From assembly GCA_964016885.1 (NCBI GenBank), contig OZ024744.1, positions 51,646,001-51,710,000 of the forward strand: 64,000 nt of DNA. The letters run 5' to 3'. Of this stretch, positions 28,621-42,100 are shown piece after piece. Each line of letters opens with the position of its first letter. Position 1 is the stretch's first letter. Source of the stretch: Eledone cirrhosa (Eukaryota). The position numbers were made by a program, and so were the translations under genes. The notes under the pieces were generated by a model. It was not told the origin of the DNA. It ran no database searches and saw only the letters and a list, made by a program, of their open reading frames with translations.

Positions 28621-31600
28621 ATGACCTCACTCAGAATAGGCAGCATAAATGCGCGTGGCTTGGGGTCGTCATGGAAGCAGGGTCACCTGCTCAACGACCT
28701 CAGGTCACTAAACATAGATGTAGTGGCCATCAGCGAGACCAGAATCTCCGAAGCACGGGCCTTCGCACCGATCTTCGGCGGCTACGATGTGTACGCATCT
28801 CCCAGCCGTCCTGGATCGGGTGGAGGAGTTGCTGTGCTTTTTCGGAGAGGTTTGGATCTCGCCATACGGGCCATCTTCCTGGACCCAGAGGGTAAGCTGG
28901 TGGTGCTGGACGTGACCAGCGGAGACGGGCAAGCTTTCAGGCTAGTGGCCGTCTATGCCCCGACAGGAGCAGGGCGGCCTGATTTCTTCCGGCGTCTGGA
29001 AACCTTTCTTGGAACGTCCCGCTCTTTAGTGTTAGTGGGCGACTGGAACGGGATCTTAGATGCACGCTGGGACTGTGTGGGATTAGCGGATAGGGGTGGA
29101 GGGTGCAAGAGCCTCACCAACCTGCTCAGGCGTTTTGAACTGTCTGACAGGTACCGATTGGATTTCCCGAATGTGCCAATGTGGACTTGGACAAACCGCA
29201 TAGGGTCATCCAGATCATATCTAGATAGAGTATTTTGTAGGGAAATAGATAGGTCTAGCATAGGCTGTCCACAATTCAAGATAGTCAGCTACACGGACCA
29301 CAAATTCGTGATCTGTGTGCTTGACTTAGATAGGCTTCATAGACGAGGACCCGGCTACTGGAAGCTAAACGCGTCCTTACCAGCGCGCAAGGCCTACAGA
29401 GACCGGATTAGCGAACTAGTTAAGCGGGCGTTGACGGGGGCCATCGTCAACAACAAGTGGTGGTTTGCTCTGAAAAGAGCGATTAGAATAGAATCGATTA
29501 GGTTTAGTAAGGCTTTAGCAATAGAGAAAAATAGAGCAGAGGGAGAACTAGTTAGAAAATTAGACGAGGCGCTTAGCAAAGGCATTGCGACCGACGTGCT
29601 TGCGGCGAAATTGGTCCTTGACCAATTCTTCAATGCAAAGCACGAAGGCTGCGTTGTCAGAGCTAGGGTGCGTGCTCTCAGACACGAGGGGACGAAAGCC
29701 GTTCAATGGGCCCGAGTGGCGGAGGCGCGTCGTGGCAACAAAGCCACGATCCGGTCTTTGGTGGACCACGACGGGCGCATGCTACTCGATCCCGGGCAAA
29801 TGTGTGAAGCTTTTCAGCGACACTTCGCTCAGCTGTTCGGGGGCAGCGGGGGGCCGGGTAGAGGGATGGACTTTAGTGTCTACCTCGACGGACTGCCGCG
29901 GCTCTCGGCCACTGAGGCGAAGTGTTGCGAAAAGCCGATAACAGCCGCTGAAGTACGGGAGGCAATGACTGGCTGCACAAGGGGTAAATCGCCTGGTTTG
30001 GATGGTCTGCCCTATGAACTTTACGTACAGATGCCAGACTTGTTCGGAGGCCTCTTGGCGGACGTCTACTGCAACTGGCAACAGAACGGGAGAATTCCCA
30101 GTTCTGTGAGCCGAGGAGCGGTGGCACTGCTGAGAAAGGATCCGAACAAGGGGGATAACATAGACAATTTCCGGCCCATAACTCTGCTAAACACAGAGTT
30201 TAAGATTTTGGCCAAGGTGCTAGCAAAGAGGTTGGCGCTTGTCGTTGGTGGTCTGGTGGGAGAGGCGCAGACATGCGCCATTCCCGACAGATCCATCCAC
30301 GACAACCTCCACCTCATGCGATACATCGTAGAGAGGGTAGCTAGGGAACCTGGCACGGGTGGGTCCTTGATCAATTTAGATCAGTCGAAAGCTTTCGATA
30401 GGGTCGACCATCGTTACCTAGCGGCAGTCCTGAGGGCGGCTGGCTTTGGGCCCGTCTTCAGAGGCTGGATCGCTGCCATGCACAGCGACATCTGCTCTGT
30501 GGTGAGAGTGAACGGTCACCTGTCGGAACCGTTCAACATCATGCGCTCGGTCCGCCAAGGATGTCCCCTCTCGTCCCTCTTGTACGTATTGACTCTCGAG
30601 CCATTACTGCACAAACTGGAGACGTTGAGGGGAGTCCCGCGCGAACTAGGATGCGGAAGATCCGTGTCAGCATATGCGGACGATGTCACCGTAGTGGTGT
30701 CGAACGCCAAACACATCGAGGCGATCGGCACTACACTAAGAGAATACGAAGCGGTGACAGGAGCAATGATCAACCAGGAAAAGTCAGTGGGCCTGCAGCT
30801 CGGCACCTGGAGAGGCAGGTCCATGCCGTCCAACAGCGTCGTCGGGCGCTGGACGGACGGACCGGTTAAATTGCTAGGGGTCTGGTTCGGTCCGGACCTC
30901 CAGACGGACAAAAACTGGGACGAGGTGACGAGCAGGGTGGCTTCTCTCACCCAGAAATGGGCGGAGAGGAAGCTATCCCTGAAAGGTCGAGCGGAGGTGG
31001 CTAACGCGTACATCGCGTCTGTCATCTGCTACCGCCTAACCGTCGTACCTTGTCCTAAGCCTCGCCTGACTGCGCTGGAGCGTTTGCTCTTTCGCTTTTT
31101 GTGGAAGGGACGTGCTCCGATGGTCAGGCGGTCCATCTGTTGTCAACACCCGCTACGTGGAGGGCTGGGCATGCCGTGGCTGATGATGCGCAGGCACGCG
31201 CTCAGGCTACGACATCTCCACCTCTTCCTCGACGGTGATCAGGTGTGGTCGCCGTTTGCTAGACGCGTTTTTCCCCAGCTCGTTTCCTTGACGGAGCTGC
31301 AGTCCTGGGTCAAGCGAAGACCGAGAGGGAGCGCCTGGAGACTGGAATGTCTTCAGGCGCTCACAGCCCTCGACCAATCGGGCAATGTGATCGGTGGAAA
31401 CTCCACCTCGGCGTTCTATAGAGGATTAGTGGAGGGGAAGAGCGACGACGTACTTGGGGAAACTCTAGGCGTCGACGAAAATCAACTAGCCAATCTCTTC
31501 GGAAGAACTTTCGGGCCAGGGCCTATGGACAACTTCCAGAAATCTCTGGCCTGGCAGTGCTACCGAGGAGCCTTGCCAGTTCGGGATAAACTCTACAGGC

Positions 31601-32040
31601 ATGGAGGTGCCGTCAGCCGGGCATGTCCGAGATGCGCGCAGGGCGACGAAACCGTCCTGCACGCACTCGTCCAGTGTCCGAAAATTGCTGACTTGTGGGT
31701 TTATGTCGAACACCTGCTGTCGCGTTTAGGACGGATCCAGCTATCATCTGGGTCCATCGTGAGGATTGCCCCGCCCTCCTCCTTTAGCCGGGAAGGGCAG
31801 GCAGTTTTTATCTGTCTGGTGGCCATGGCGAAAGAGATAGTATGGTGGACACGTTTGAAAGGGCTGAAGACGAGCACTTACCTCTTCGGTGATGCTCTGA
31901 TTGACTTTTTCAAATTTCATTTGAAAAGGAAAATCAGAGTAGAGAGGGAAGTGCTCTCTTCCCAGCATTTTGTTGAAAGATGGGTGAGAGAAGCAAGAAT
32001 GGCCCGAGTGAATGGGCCGACTCTGAGTATATATCTGTAA
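28621..32040 (+). CDS. LINE ORF2 (APE-RT), copy 4
   Basis: Intact; 4 aa differences seen versus copy 1. Confidence 0.97.
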   Translation: MTSLRIGSINARGLGSSWKQGHLLNDLRSLNIDVVAISETRISEARAFAPIFGGYDVYASPSRPGSGGGVAVLFRRGLDLAIRAIFLDPEGKLVVLDVTSGDGQAFRLVAVYAPTGAGRPDFFRRLETFLGTSRSLVLVGDWNGILDARWDCVGLADRGGGCKSLTNLLRRFELSDRYRLDFPNVPMWTWTNRIGSSRSYLDRVFCREIDRSSIGCPQFKIVSYTDHKFVICVLDLDRLHRRGPGYWKLNASLPARKAYRDRISELVKRALTGAIVNNKWWFALKRAIRIESIRFSKALAIEKNRAEGELVRKLDEALSKGIATDVLAAKLVLDQFFNAKHEGCVVRARVRALRHEGTKAVQWARVAEARRGNKATIRSLVDHDGRMLLDPGQMCEAFQRHFAQLFGGSGGPGRGMDFSVYLDGLPRLSATEAKCCEKPITAAEVREAMTGCTRGKSPGLDGLPYELYVQMPDLFGGLLADVYCNWQQNGRIPSSVSRGAVALLRKDPNKGDNIDNFRPITLLNTEFKILAKVLAKRLALVVGGLVGEAQTCAIPDRSIHDNLHLMRYIVERVAREPGTGGSLINLDQSKAFDRVDHRYLAAVLRAAGFGPVFRGWIAAMHSDICSVVRVNGHLSEPFNIMRSVRQGCPLSSLLYVLTLEPLLHKLETLRGVPRELGCGRSVSAYADDVTVVVSNAKHIEAIGTTLREYEAVTGAMINQEKSVGLQLGTWRGRSMPSNSVVGRWTDGPVKLLGVWFGPDLQTDKNWDEVTSRVASLTQKWAERKLSLKGRAEVANAYIASVICYRLTVVPCPKPRLTALERLLFRFLWKGRAPMVRRSICCQHPLRGGLGMPWLMMRRHALRLRHLHLFLDGDQVWSPFARRVFPQLVSLTELQSWVKRRPRGSAWRLECLQALTALDQSGNVIGGNSTSAFYRGLVEGKSDDVLGETLGVDENQLANLFGRTFGPGPMDNFQKSLAWQCYRGALPVRDKLYRHGGAVSRACPRCAQGDETVLHALVQCPKIADLWVYVEHLLSRLGRIQLSSGSIVRIAPPSSFSREGQAVFICLVAMAKEIVWWTRLKGLKTSTYLFGDALIDFFKFHLKRKIRVEREVLSSQHFVERWVREARMARVNGPTLSIYL

Positions 32041-32301
32041 ACTAAAGGTGGAAAACTGGGAGAGGGCACTTGCCTTGGTGGTCAGGGTCATTGTGGCTTT
32101 TTACTGGGCTTTCTCCACAAATGTCCCTCCGAAGTCTCCCCCCTATTGGGGAATTTTTCATTGTTATTTTCATTGTTATTTTTGTTACATCCTCTGTTTT
32201 TGTTTTTTTTACACGCAGAAATGCCCATTTGTACCGTCCTGCATTGTCCTGCACTGTCCTTAATGTCTACTTTATGTAAACCCTTGTGGTTAATAAAGAA
32301 A

Positions 32302-32303
<2 letters not shown>

Positions 32304-32354
<51 letters not shown>
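32304..32354. repeat. (ATT)17 tail; right edge of the insertion nest
   Basis: Counted from sequence. Confidence 0.95.
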
Positions 32355-32699
32355 GCAGTTGTTTTTATTTTCATCTCCATACATTTTACTCCTTTCTTTT
32401 TTTTCTTCTGTTCTTGTATTATATATTTTATTAGAGGGGGTGGTTGTGGTGGTGGTGGTGGTGTCTCTGACATATGTGGGAGTCCGGTCTAAACAAACAC
32501 GCAGAAACATTTTTATAGCAGCCCCCCCCCCCCCAAACCACCACCAATTCCTATCACCTCTACTGAAAAAAAATAAAAAGAAAGGAACGGAGACACCAAA
32601 CAATAAAATAAAATAAAAATTTGGAGGCGAAAATAATAACAATAATAATTGTTTCTACTTTTTGGAACAATGCCAGCAAATACCCAGTACATTACTGGT

Positions 32700-35600
32700 A
32701 CTAATAATGATGATGATATTGGTGATGATGTTGGAGATGATGTTGGTGTTGATGATGGTGGTGATGTTGGTGGTAAAGGTGGTGATGGTATTGGTAGTAA
32801 TTGTGGTGGTGATGATGTTGGTGGTAATGGTGGTGATGATGTTGGTGGTGGTGATGATGTTGGTGGTGATGATGGTGGTGATGGTGGTGGTGTTGGTGGT
32901 AAAGTTGGTGATGGTATTGGTAGTAATGGTGGTGATGTTGGTGGTAATGGTGGTGATGATGTTGGTGGTGGTGATGATGTTGGTGGTGATGATGGTGGTA
33001 ATGGTGGTGATGTTGGTGGTAAAGTTGGTGATGGTGTTGGTGGTAATAGTGATGATGTTTGTGGTAATGGTGGTGATGATATTGGTGGTGGTGATGATGT
33101 TGGTGGTGATGGTGGTAATGGTGGTGGTGATGTTGGTGGTAATGGTGGTGATGATGTTGGTGGTGGTGATGATGTTGGTGGTGATGATGGTGGTGGTGGT
33201 GGTGATGTTGGTGGTAATGGTGGTGGTGATGTTGGTGGTAATGGTGGTGGTGATGTTGGTGGTAATGGTGGTGGTGTTGTTGGTGGTAATAGTGATGATG
33301 TTGGTGGTAATGGTGGTGATGATGTTGGTGGTGGTGATGATGTTGGTGGTGATGGTGGTAATGGTGGTGGTGATGTTGGTGGTAATGGTGGTGATGGTGT
33401 TGGTGGTAATAGTGATGATGTTGGTGGTAATGGTGGTGATGATGTTGGTGGTGATGATGTTGGTGGTGATGATGGTGGTAATGGTGGTGGTGATGTTGGT
33501 GGTGATGATGGTGGTAATGGTGGTGGTGATGTTGGTGGTAATGGTGATGGTGGTGTTGGTGGTAATGGTGATGTTATTGGTGGTAATGGTGGTGATGTTA
33601 GTGGTAATGGTGGTGATGATGTTGGTGGTGGTAATGATGTTGGTGGTGATGATGGTGGTAATGGTGGTGGTGATGTTGGTGGTAATGGTGGTGGTGATGT
33701 TGGTGGTAATGGTGATGATGTTGGTGGTAATAGTGGTGGTAATGGTGGTGGTGATGTTGGTGGTAATGATGGTGGTGGTGTTGGTGGTAAAGTTGGTGAT
33801 GGTGTTGGTGGTAATGGTGATGATGTTGGTGGTAATGGTGGTGATGATGTTGGTGGTGGTGATGATGTTGGTGGTGATGGTGGTAATGGTGGTGGTAATG
33901 GTGATGGTGTTGGTGGTAATGGTGATGATGTTGGTGGTAATGGTGGTGATGATGTTGGTGGTGGTGATGATGTTGGTGGTGATGGTGGTAATGGTGGTGG
34001 TAATGGTGATGGTGTTGGTGGTAATGGTGATGATGTTGGTGGTAATGGTGGTGATGATGTTGGTGGTGGTGATGATGTTGGTGGTGATGATGGTGGTGGT
34101 GGTGGTGATGTTGGTGGTAATGGTGGTGGTGGTGGTGATGTTGGTGGTAATGGTGGTGATGATGTTTGTGGTGATGATGGTGGTAATGGTGATGTTGGTG
34201 GTAATGGTGGTGGTGGTGGTGATGTTGGTGGTAATGGTGATGTTGTTGGTGGTAAAGGTGGTGATGTTGGTGGTAATGGTGGTGGTAATGGTGGTGATGA
34301 TGTTGGTGGTGATGTTGGTGCTGGTGTTGGTGGTAATGGTGGTGATGTTGGTGGTAATGGTGGTGATGTTGGTGGTAATGGTGGTGGTGTTGGTGGTAAT
34401 GGTGGTGATGATGTTGGTGGTAATGGTGGTGATGTTGGTGGTAATGGTGGTGATGAGGTGGTGATGGTGATGATGTTGGTGGTAATGGTGGTGATGTTGG
34501 TGGTAATGGTGATGGTGTGGTAATGGTGGTGGTGGTGGTGGTGTTGGTGGTAATGGTGGTGATGTTGGTGGTAATGGTGGTGGTGCTGGTGGTAATGGTG
34601 GTGATGATGTTGGTGGTGGTGATGATGTTGGTGGTGATGATGGTGGTGGTGATGTTGGTGGTAATGGTGGTGGTGGTGGTGATGTTGGTGGTAATGGTGG
34701 TGATGATGTTGGTGGTGGTGATGATGTTGGTGGTGATGATGGTGGTAATGGTGATGTTGGTGGTAATGGTGGTGGTGGTGGTGGTGTTGGTGGTAATGGT
34801 GGTGACGAGGTGGTGATGGTGATGATGTTGGTGGTAATGGTGGTGGTAATGGTGGTGATGTTGGTGGTAATGGTGGTGCTGGTGTTGCTGGTAATGGTGG
34901 TGATGGTGTTGGTGGTAATGGTGGTGATGTTGGTGGTAATGGTGGTGATGAGGTGGTGATGGTGATGATGTTGGTGGTGATGATGGTGGTAATGGTGGTG
35001 ATGATGTTGGTGGTGATGATGTTGGCGGTAATGGTGGTAGTGATGTTGGTGGTGATGATGTTGTTGTTGTTGATGTTGGTGGTGGTGGTGGTGGTGGTGA
35101 TGTTGGTGGTAATGTTGGTGGTGATGTTGGTGGTGGTGGTGGTGATGATGTTGTTGTTGTTGGTGATGTTGGTGGTGGTGGTGATGATGTTGTTGTTGGT
35201 GATGTTGGTGGTGGTGCTGATGATGTTGTTGTTGTTGGTGATGTTGGTGATGGTGGTGATGTTGTTGTTGTTGATGTTGGTGGTAATGATGTTGGTGGTG
35301 GTGATGTTGGTGGTGATGATGTTGGTGGTGGTGGTGGGGGTGATGATGTTGTTGTTGATGTTGGTGGTGATGGTGGTGGTGGTGGTGATGATGTTGTTGT
35401 TGATGTTGGTGGTGGTGGTGGTGGTGATGATGTTGTTGTTGATGTTGGTGGTGATGGTTGTGGTGGTGGTGGTGGTGGTGATGATGTTGTTGTTGATGTT
35501 GGTGGTGGTGGTGGTGGTGATGATGTTGTTGTTGATGTTGGTGGTGATGGTGGTGGTGGTGGTGGTGGTGGTGGTGGTGATGATGTTGGTGTTGATGTTG

Positions 35601-35905
35601 GTGGTGATGATGGTGGTGGTGGTGGTGATGATGTTGTTGTTGATGTTGGTGGTGATGGTGGTGGTGATGTTGTTGTTGGTGGTGATGGTGATGTTGTTGT
35701 TGTTGATGTTGGTGGTGATGGTGATGTTGTTGTTGTTGATGTTGGTGGTGATGATGCTGGTGGTGATGTTGGTGGTGATGATGTTGGCGGTAATGGTGGT
35801 GGTGATGTTGGTGGTGGTGATGTTGGTGGTGATGAATTTGATGGTAATGGCGGTGGTGATGTTGGTGATGTTGGTGGTGGTGATGATGTTGTTGTTGATG
35901 GTGAG
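32700..35905. repeat. 3.2-kb cryptic triplet array (GGT/GAT/GTT/AAT)
   Basis: Built almost wholly from four NNT triplets; recurrent ggtggtaatggtggtgatgatgtt blocks. Confidence 0.95.
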
Positions 35906-36033
35906 ATAGTAATAATAAAAGCAACAACAATAGTAATAGTATAAACAAACAAACAATATAATGATTTCTCTCAATGTCTCTCTCTTTCTCTCCCTACTTC
36001 CCCACCCTCTCCCTCTCTTTCTTTTTTGTCTGT

Positions 36034-36036
<3 letters not shown>

Positions 36037-36102
<66 letters not shown>

Positions 36103-36120
36103 CACTCTCTCTATCTATCT
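36037..36120. repeat. (CT)n microsatellite
   Basis: Direct reading. Confidence 0.95.
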
Positions 36121-36287
36121 TTGGCATTATCTGATGTAGAAGCTACTGTTAAAACGCTAGTGATGCGAAGTCGGACACATGTAAACAACAGACTATTATT
36201 TCTACATAACGGTCGAGTCGATTCCATTTCGGAATCTAGTGGCAGTTCGCTCCGATGCTTACAACAGCTTTTGATGTTTTCTGCAAT

Positions 36288-36905
<618 letters not shown>

Positions 36906-37027
36906 TTCAAGGTTTTATAACCACACATTGGCTGATAGTAGAATATATCGCTTGGCAAACAAAAACTCTGACGGATACGTCTTCAGGGGTTAACTCTTTT
37001 AGCTTTGTATCGCTATTAAACAGCCAA

Positions 37028-37613
37028 AGCAACCACCACCACCATTGCCACTCCATCACCACCACAAGCACTAGCCACACCACAACCACCCCATCACCAT
37101 CAACATCACTAACCACACCACCATCATCATCCCCACTACCATCACGACCACCATCATTAGCCACATTCTCCCACCACAACCCCATCATTACCATTACAAC
37201 ACGATCAACACCACAACAACCACCATCATCAACACCAACACCACCATCATCCCCCCCACCAGCAACACCAGAATCATCACCATCATCACCACCAGCAACA
37301 ACAGTAACACCCGCAACATCACCACCACCACCACCACCACCACCACCACAATCACCAACTTCAACACCAACACGAACACCACCACCCTCAATACCACCAA
37401 CTCCAACATCAAACCCCCAGCACTCTCACTACCACCAACTCCAACATCACACCACCACCATCACCACCAACCATAACAACGGCAACAACAGCATCACCAG
37501 CACCACCAACGATAACAACAACAACAACAGCATCACCAACACCACCAACCATAACAACTACAACAACAGCATCACCAACCATAACAACGACATTAACACC
37601 AATAACAACACCA
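37028..37613. repeat. (CAC/CAT/CAA) cryptic triplet tract
   Basis: Direct reading; opposite polarity to the 32.7-35.9 kb array. Confidence 0.9.
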
Positions 37614-37711
37614 TGTGTTAGTTGTTAGTGTTCGCTTTATGACAAAGGTTTGCTTTGGTTTGGTAAAAGATTTTGGGAATTGCGAGTTTTTAGGCGGCAC
37701 AGAAAAGTTTG

Positions 37712-38488
37712 TTTCTTGTCATACATAACTCTTATACCGTGTCCTATTTCTTATCATACATAACTGTTAGACAGTGTCCTATTTCTTGTCATACATAACT
37801 CTGATACCGTGTCCTATTTCTTGTCATACATAACTGTTAGACAGTGTCCTATTTCTTGTCATACATAACTCTTATACCGTGTCCTATTTCTTGTCATACA
37901 TAACTGTTAGACCGTGTCCTATTTCTTGTCATACATAACTCTTATACCGTGTCCTATTTCTTGTCATACATAACTCTTATACCGTGTCCTATTTCTTGTC
38001 ATACATAACTCTTATACCGTGTCCTATTTCTTGTCATACAGAACTGTTAGACCGTGTCCTATTTCATGTCTTACATAACTGTTAGACCGTGTCCTATTTC
38101 ATGTCTTACATAACTGTTAGACCGTGTCCTATTTCATGTCTTACATAACTGTTAGACCGTGTCCTATTTCATGTCTTACATAACTGTTAGACCGTGTCCT
38201 ATTTCATGTCTTACATAACTGTTAGACCGTGTCCTATTTCATGTCTTACATAACTGTTAGACCGTGTCCTATTTCATGTCTTACATAACTGTTAGACCGT
38301 GTCCTATTTCATGTCTTACATAACTGTTAGACCGTGTCCTATTTCATGTCTTACATAACTGTTAGACCGTGTCCTATTTCATGTCTTACATAACTGTTAG
38401 ACCGTGTCCTATTTCATGTCTTACATAACTGTTAGACCGTGTCCTATTTCATGTCTTACATAACTGTTAGACCGTGTCCTATTTCATG
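37712..38488. repeat. 35-bp minisatellite, ~22 copies (ACCGTGTCCTATTTCATGTCTTACATAACTGTTAG)
   Basis: Period 35 counted directly. Confidence 0.95.
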
Positions 38489-38549
38489 CAGATTGCTTTT
38501 AAATCGACAAATATTTTCAAGGTTAAACCGTTTTTCTTCATAAACCGTG

Positions 38550-39090
38550 ATAACAACATCAACAACAATAACACAACCAAGAACAAAAACAACAATAACA
38601 ACAACAGCAACCATAGCAACAATAACAATAATAATAACAGCAACCATAGCAACAACAACAACTATAAAAGCAATAAACAATAACAATGATGATGATGATG
38701 ATGATGATGGGGAAAGTGATGAGGATGATGACGATGAGAATGATGATGATGATGACAACTGTTTATTCTATTTTCTCGTTAATGTTGAAATTGGTGTTGT
38801 TGTTGTCATTGTTTGCATAATTGTTGAGTTTATTGTAAAAGAAAAGAAAAAAAGTAGAACACAAAAATAAGACAAAACGAAACAAAAACAAAAATCAAAG
38901 GTAAAATATATTCTCCCAATGGCCTTGCTTCTAATAAAGAAAATCATCACCAACCATCCATCCATACACCCGCTCCCATCATCATCATCATCATCATCAT
39001 CATCACTGTCATTATCGTCTTCGTCATCATCATCATCATCATCATCATCATCAACATCATCATCATTATCATCACCGTCATCATCATTAC
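38550..39090. repeat. Mixed (CAA/TAA), (GAT), (CAT) triplet low-complexity region
   Basis: Direct reading. Confidence 0.85.
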
Positions 39091-39183
39091 TTTAGAATTG
39101 ATGGATAAAAAACGGTTGACGAGCGATATTTAAGTCTTAAACATGGCGTTTGCTCATTTCCTCGAGGCAAAACACAAAAACTG

Positions 39184-42100
39184 CGTTGGTGGAGTTATGG
39201 TACGGCTGTAAGACAGGAATGAGAGAAAGACGTTGTTGATGGAGTTATGGTACAGCTGTGAGAGAGGAACGAGAGGAAGAGGTCCTTGGTGGAGTTATGG
39301 TACAGCTGTGAGACAGTAATGAGAGAAAGATGTCGTTGGTGGAGTTATGGTACAGTTGTGAAACAGGAATGACAGGAAGAGGTCGTTGGTGGAGTTATGG
39401 TACGGTTGTGAAACAGGAATGAGAGGAAGAGGTCGTTGGTGGAGTTATGGTACGACTGTGAGACAAGAATGAGAGAAAGACGTCGTTGGTGGAGTTATAG
39501 TACGGCTGTGAGACAGGAATGAGAGGAAGACGTTATTGGTGGAGTTATAGTACGGCTGTGAGACAGGAATGAGAGGAAGACGTCGGTGGTGGAGTTATGG
39601 TACAGCTGTGAGACAGGAATGAGAGGAAGATCTCGTTGGTGGAGTTATGGTACAGCTGTGAGACAAGAATGAGAGGAAGATCTCGTTGGTGGAGTTATGG
39701 TACGGCTGTGAGACAAGAATGAGAGGAAGATCTCGTTGGTGGAGTTATGGTACGGCTGTGAGACAGGAATGAGAGGAAGATGTCGTTGGTGGAGTTATGG
39801 TACAGCTGTGAGACAAGAATGAGAGGAAGATCTCGTTGGTGGAGTTATGGTACAGCTGTGAGACAAGAATGAGAGGAAGATCTCGTTGGTGGAGTTATGG
39901 TACGGCTGTGAGACAAGAATGAGAGGAAGATCTCGTTGGTGGAGTTATGGTACGGCTGTGAGACAGGAATGAGAGGAAGATGTCGTTGGTGGAGTTATGG
40001 TACGGTTGTGAGACAGGAATGAGAGAAAGATGTCGTTGGTGGAGTTACGGTATGGTTGTGAGACAGGAATGAGAGAAAGACGTCGTTGGTGGAGTTATGG
40101 TATGGTTGTGAGACAAGAATGAGAGAAAGACGTCGTTGGTGGAGTTATGGTACGGCTGTAAGACAGGAATGAGAGGAAGACGTTGTTGGTGGAGTTATGG
40201 TACGGCTGTGAGACAGGAATGGGAAGAAGACGTCGTTGTTGGAGTTATGGTACGGCTGTGAGACAGGAATGAGAGAAAGACCTCGTTGGTGGAGTTATGG
40301 TACGGTTGTGAGACAGGAATGAGAGAAAGACGTCGTTGGTGGAGTTATGGTACAGTTGTGAGGCAGGAATGAGAGGAAGACGTCGTTGATGGAGTTATGG
40401 TACGACTGTGAGAGAGGAATGAGAGAAAGACGTCGCTGGTGGAGTTATGGTACGGCTGTGAGACAGGAATGAGAGAAAGACCTCCTTGGTGGAGTTATGG
40501 TACGGCTGTGAGACAGGAATGAGAGAAAGACCTCCTTGGTGGAGTTATGGTACGGTTGTGAGACAGGAATGAGAGGAAGATGTCGTTGGTGGAGTTATGG
40601 TACGGCTGTGAGACAGGAATGAGAGAAAGACGTCGTTGGTGGAGTTATGGTACGGCTGTGAGACAGGAATGAGAGGAAGACGTCGTTGGTGGAGTTATGG
40701 TACGGTTGTGAGACAGGAATGAGAGGAAGATGTCGTTGGTAAATTATGGTACGGCTGTGAGACAGGAATGAGAGAAAGACGTCGTTGGTGGAGTTATGGT
40801 ACGGCTGTGAGACAGGAATGAGAGGAAGACGTCGTTGGTGGAGTTATGGTACGGTTGTGAGACAGGAATGAGAGAAAGATGTCGTTGGTGGAGTTATGGT
40901 ACGGCTGTGAGACAGGAAAGAGAGAAAGATGTCGTTGGTGGAGTTATGGTACGGCTGTGAGACAAGAATGAGAAAAAGATGTCGTTGGTGGAGTTATAGT
41001 AATGCTGCGAGACAGGAATGAGAGGAAGACGTCGTTGGTGGAGTTATGGTATGGCTGTGAGACAAGAATGAGAGGAAGACGTCCTTGGTGGAGTTATGGT
41101 ACGGCTGTGAGACAGGAATGAGAGGAAGACGTCGTTGGTGGAGTTATGGTACGTCTGTGAGACAGGAGTTAGAGAAAGGTATTGGTGGAGTTATGGTACG
41201 GCTGTGAGACAAGAATGAGAAAAAGATGTCGTTGGTGGAGTTATAGTAATGCTGCGAGACAGGAATGAGAGGAAGACGTCCTTGGGGGAGTTATGGTACG
41301 GCTGTGAGACAGGAATGAGAAAAAGATGTCGATGGTGGAGTTATGGTAATGCTGTGAGACAGGAATTAGAGGAAGAAGTCGTTGGTGGAGTTATGGTATG
41401 GCTCTGAGACAGAAATAAGAGGAAGACGTCCTTGGTGGAGTTATGGTACGGCTGTGAGACAGGAATGAGACAAAGGCGTCGTTGGTGGAGTTATGGTACC
41501 GCTGTGAGAGAAATGAGAGAAAGATGTCGTTGGTGGAGTTATGGTACGGCTGTGAGACAAGAATGAGAGGAAGATGTCGTTGGTGGAGTTATGGTACGGC
41601 TGTGAGATAGGAATGAGAGAAAGACGTCGTTGGTGGAGTTATGGTAATGCTGTGAGACAGGAATGAGAGGAAGACGTCGTTGGTGGAGTTATGGTACGGC
41701 TGTGAGACAGGAATGAGGGAAAGACGTCGTTGGTGGAGTTATGGTACGGTTGTGAGACAGGAATGAGAGAAAGACGTCGTTGGTGGAGTTATGGTATGGC
41801 TGTGAGACAGGAATGAGAGAAAGACCTCGTTGGTGGAGTTATGGTACGGTCGTGAGACAGGAATGAGGGGAAGATGTCGTTGGTGGAGTTATGGTACGGC
41901 GGTGAGGGAAATGAGAGAAAGATGTCGTTGGTGGAGTTATGGTACGGCTGTGAGTATGAATGAGAGGAAGATGCCGTTGGTGGAGTTTTGGTACGGCTGT
42001 GAGACAGGAATGAGAGAAAGACCTCGTTGGTGGAGTTATGGTACGGCCGTGAGAGAGGAATGAGAGGAAGACGTCGTTGGTGGAGTTATGGTACGGCAGT

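Larger units (their letters stand above)
26276..32303 (+). mobile_element. Full-length L1/Tx1-like LINE, copy 4 (most distinct variant)
   Basis: Same termini; 1-nt deletions in the 5' UTR and the ORF1-ORF2 spacer; +3 nt in ORF1. Confidence 0.93.

Noticed and set aside
3804-32354. Drosophila HeT-A/TART-like retrotransposon telomere next to a TAS-like satellite
   Set aside because: Ordinary sequence flanks both sides, opposite-strand elements are interleaved, units are separated by target microsatellite, and no chromosome end or TTAGGG array is visible.
32513-36127. Very long ORFs (1204, 1097, 784, 624, 600 aa) resembling extensin, His-rich or Gly-rich proteins
   Set aside because: Open in several frames on both strands because the triplet alphabet lacks stops; recurrent phase shifts; no non-repetitive domain.
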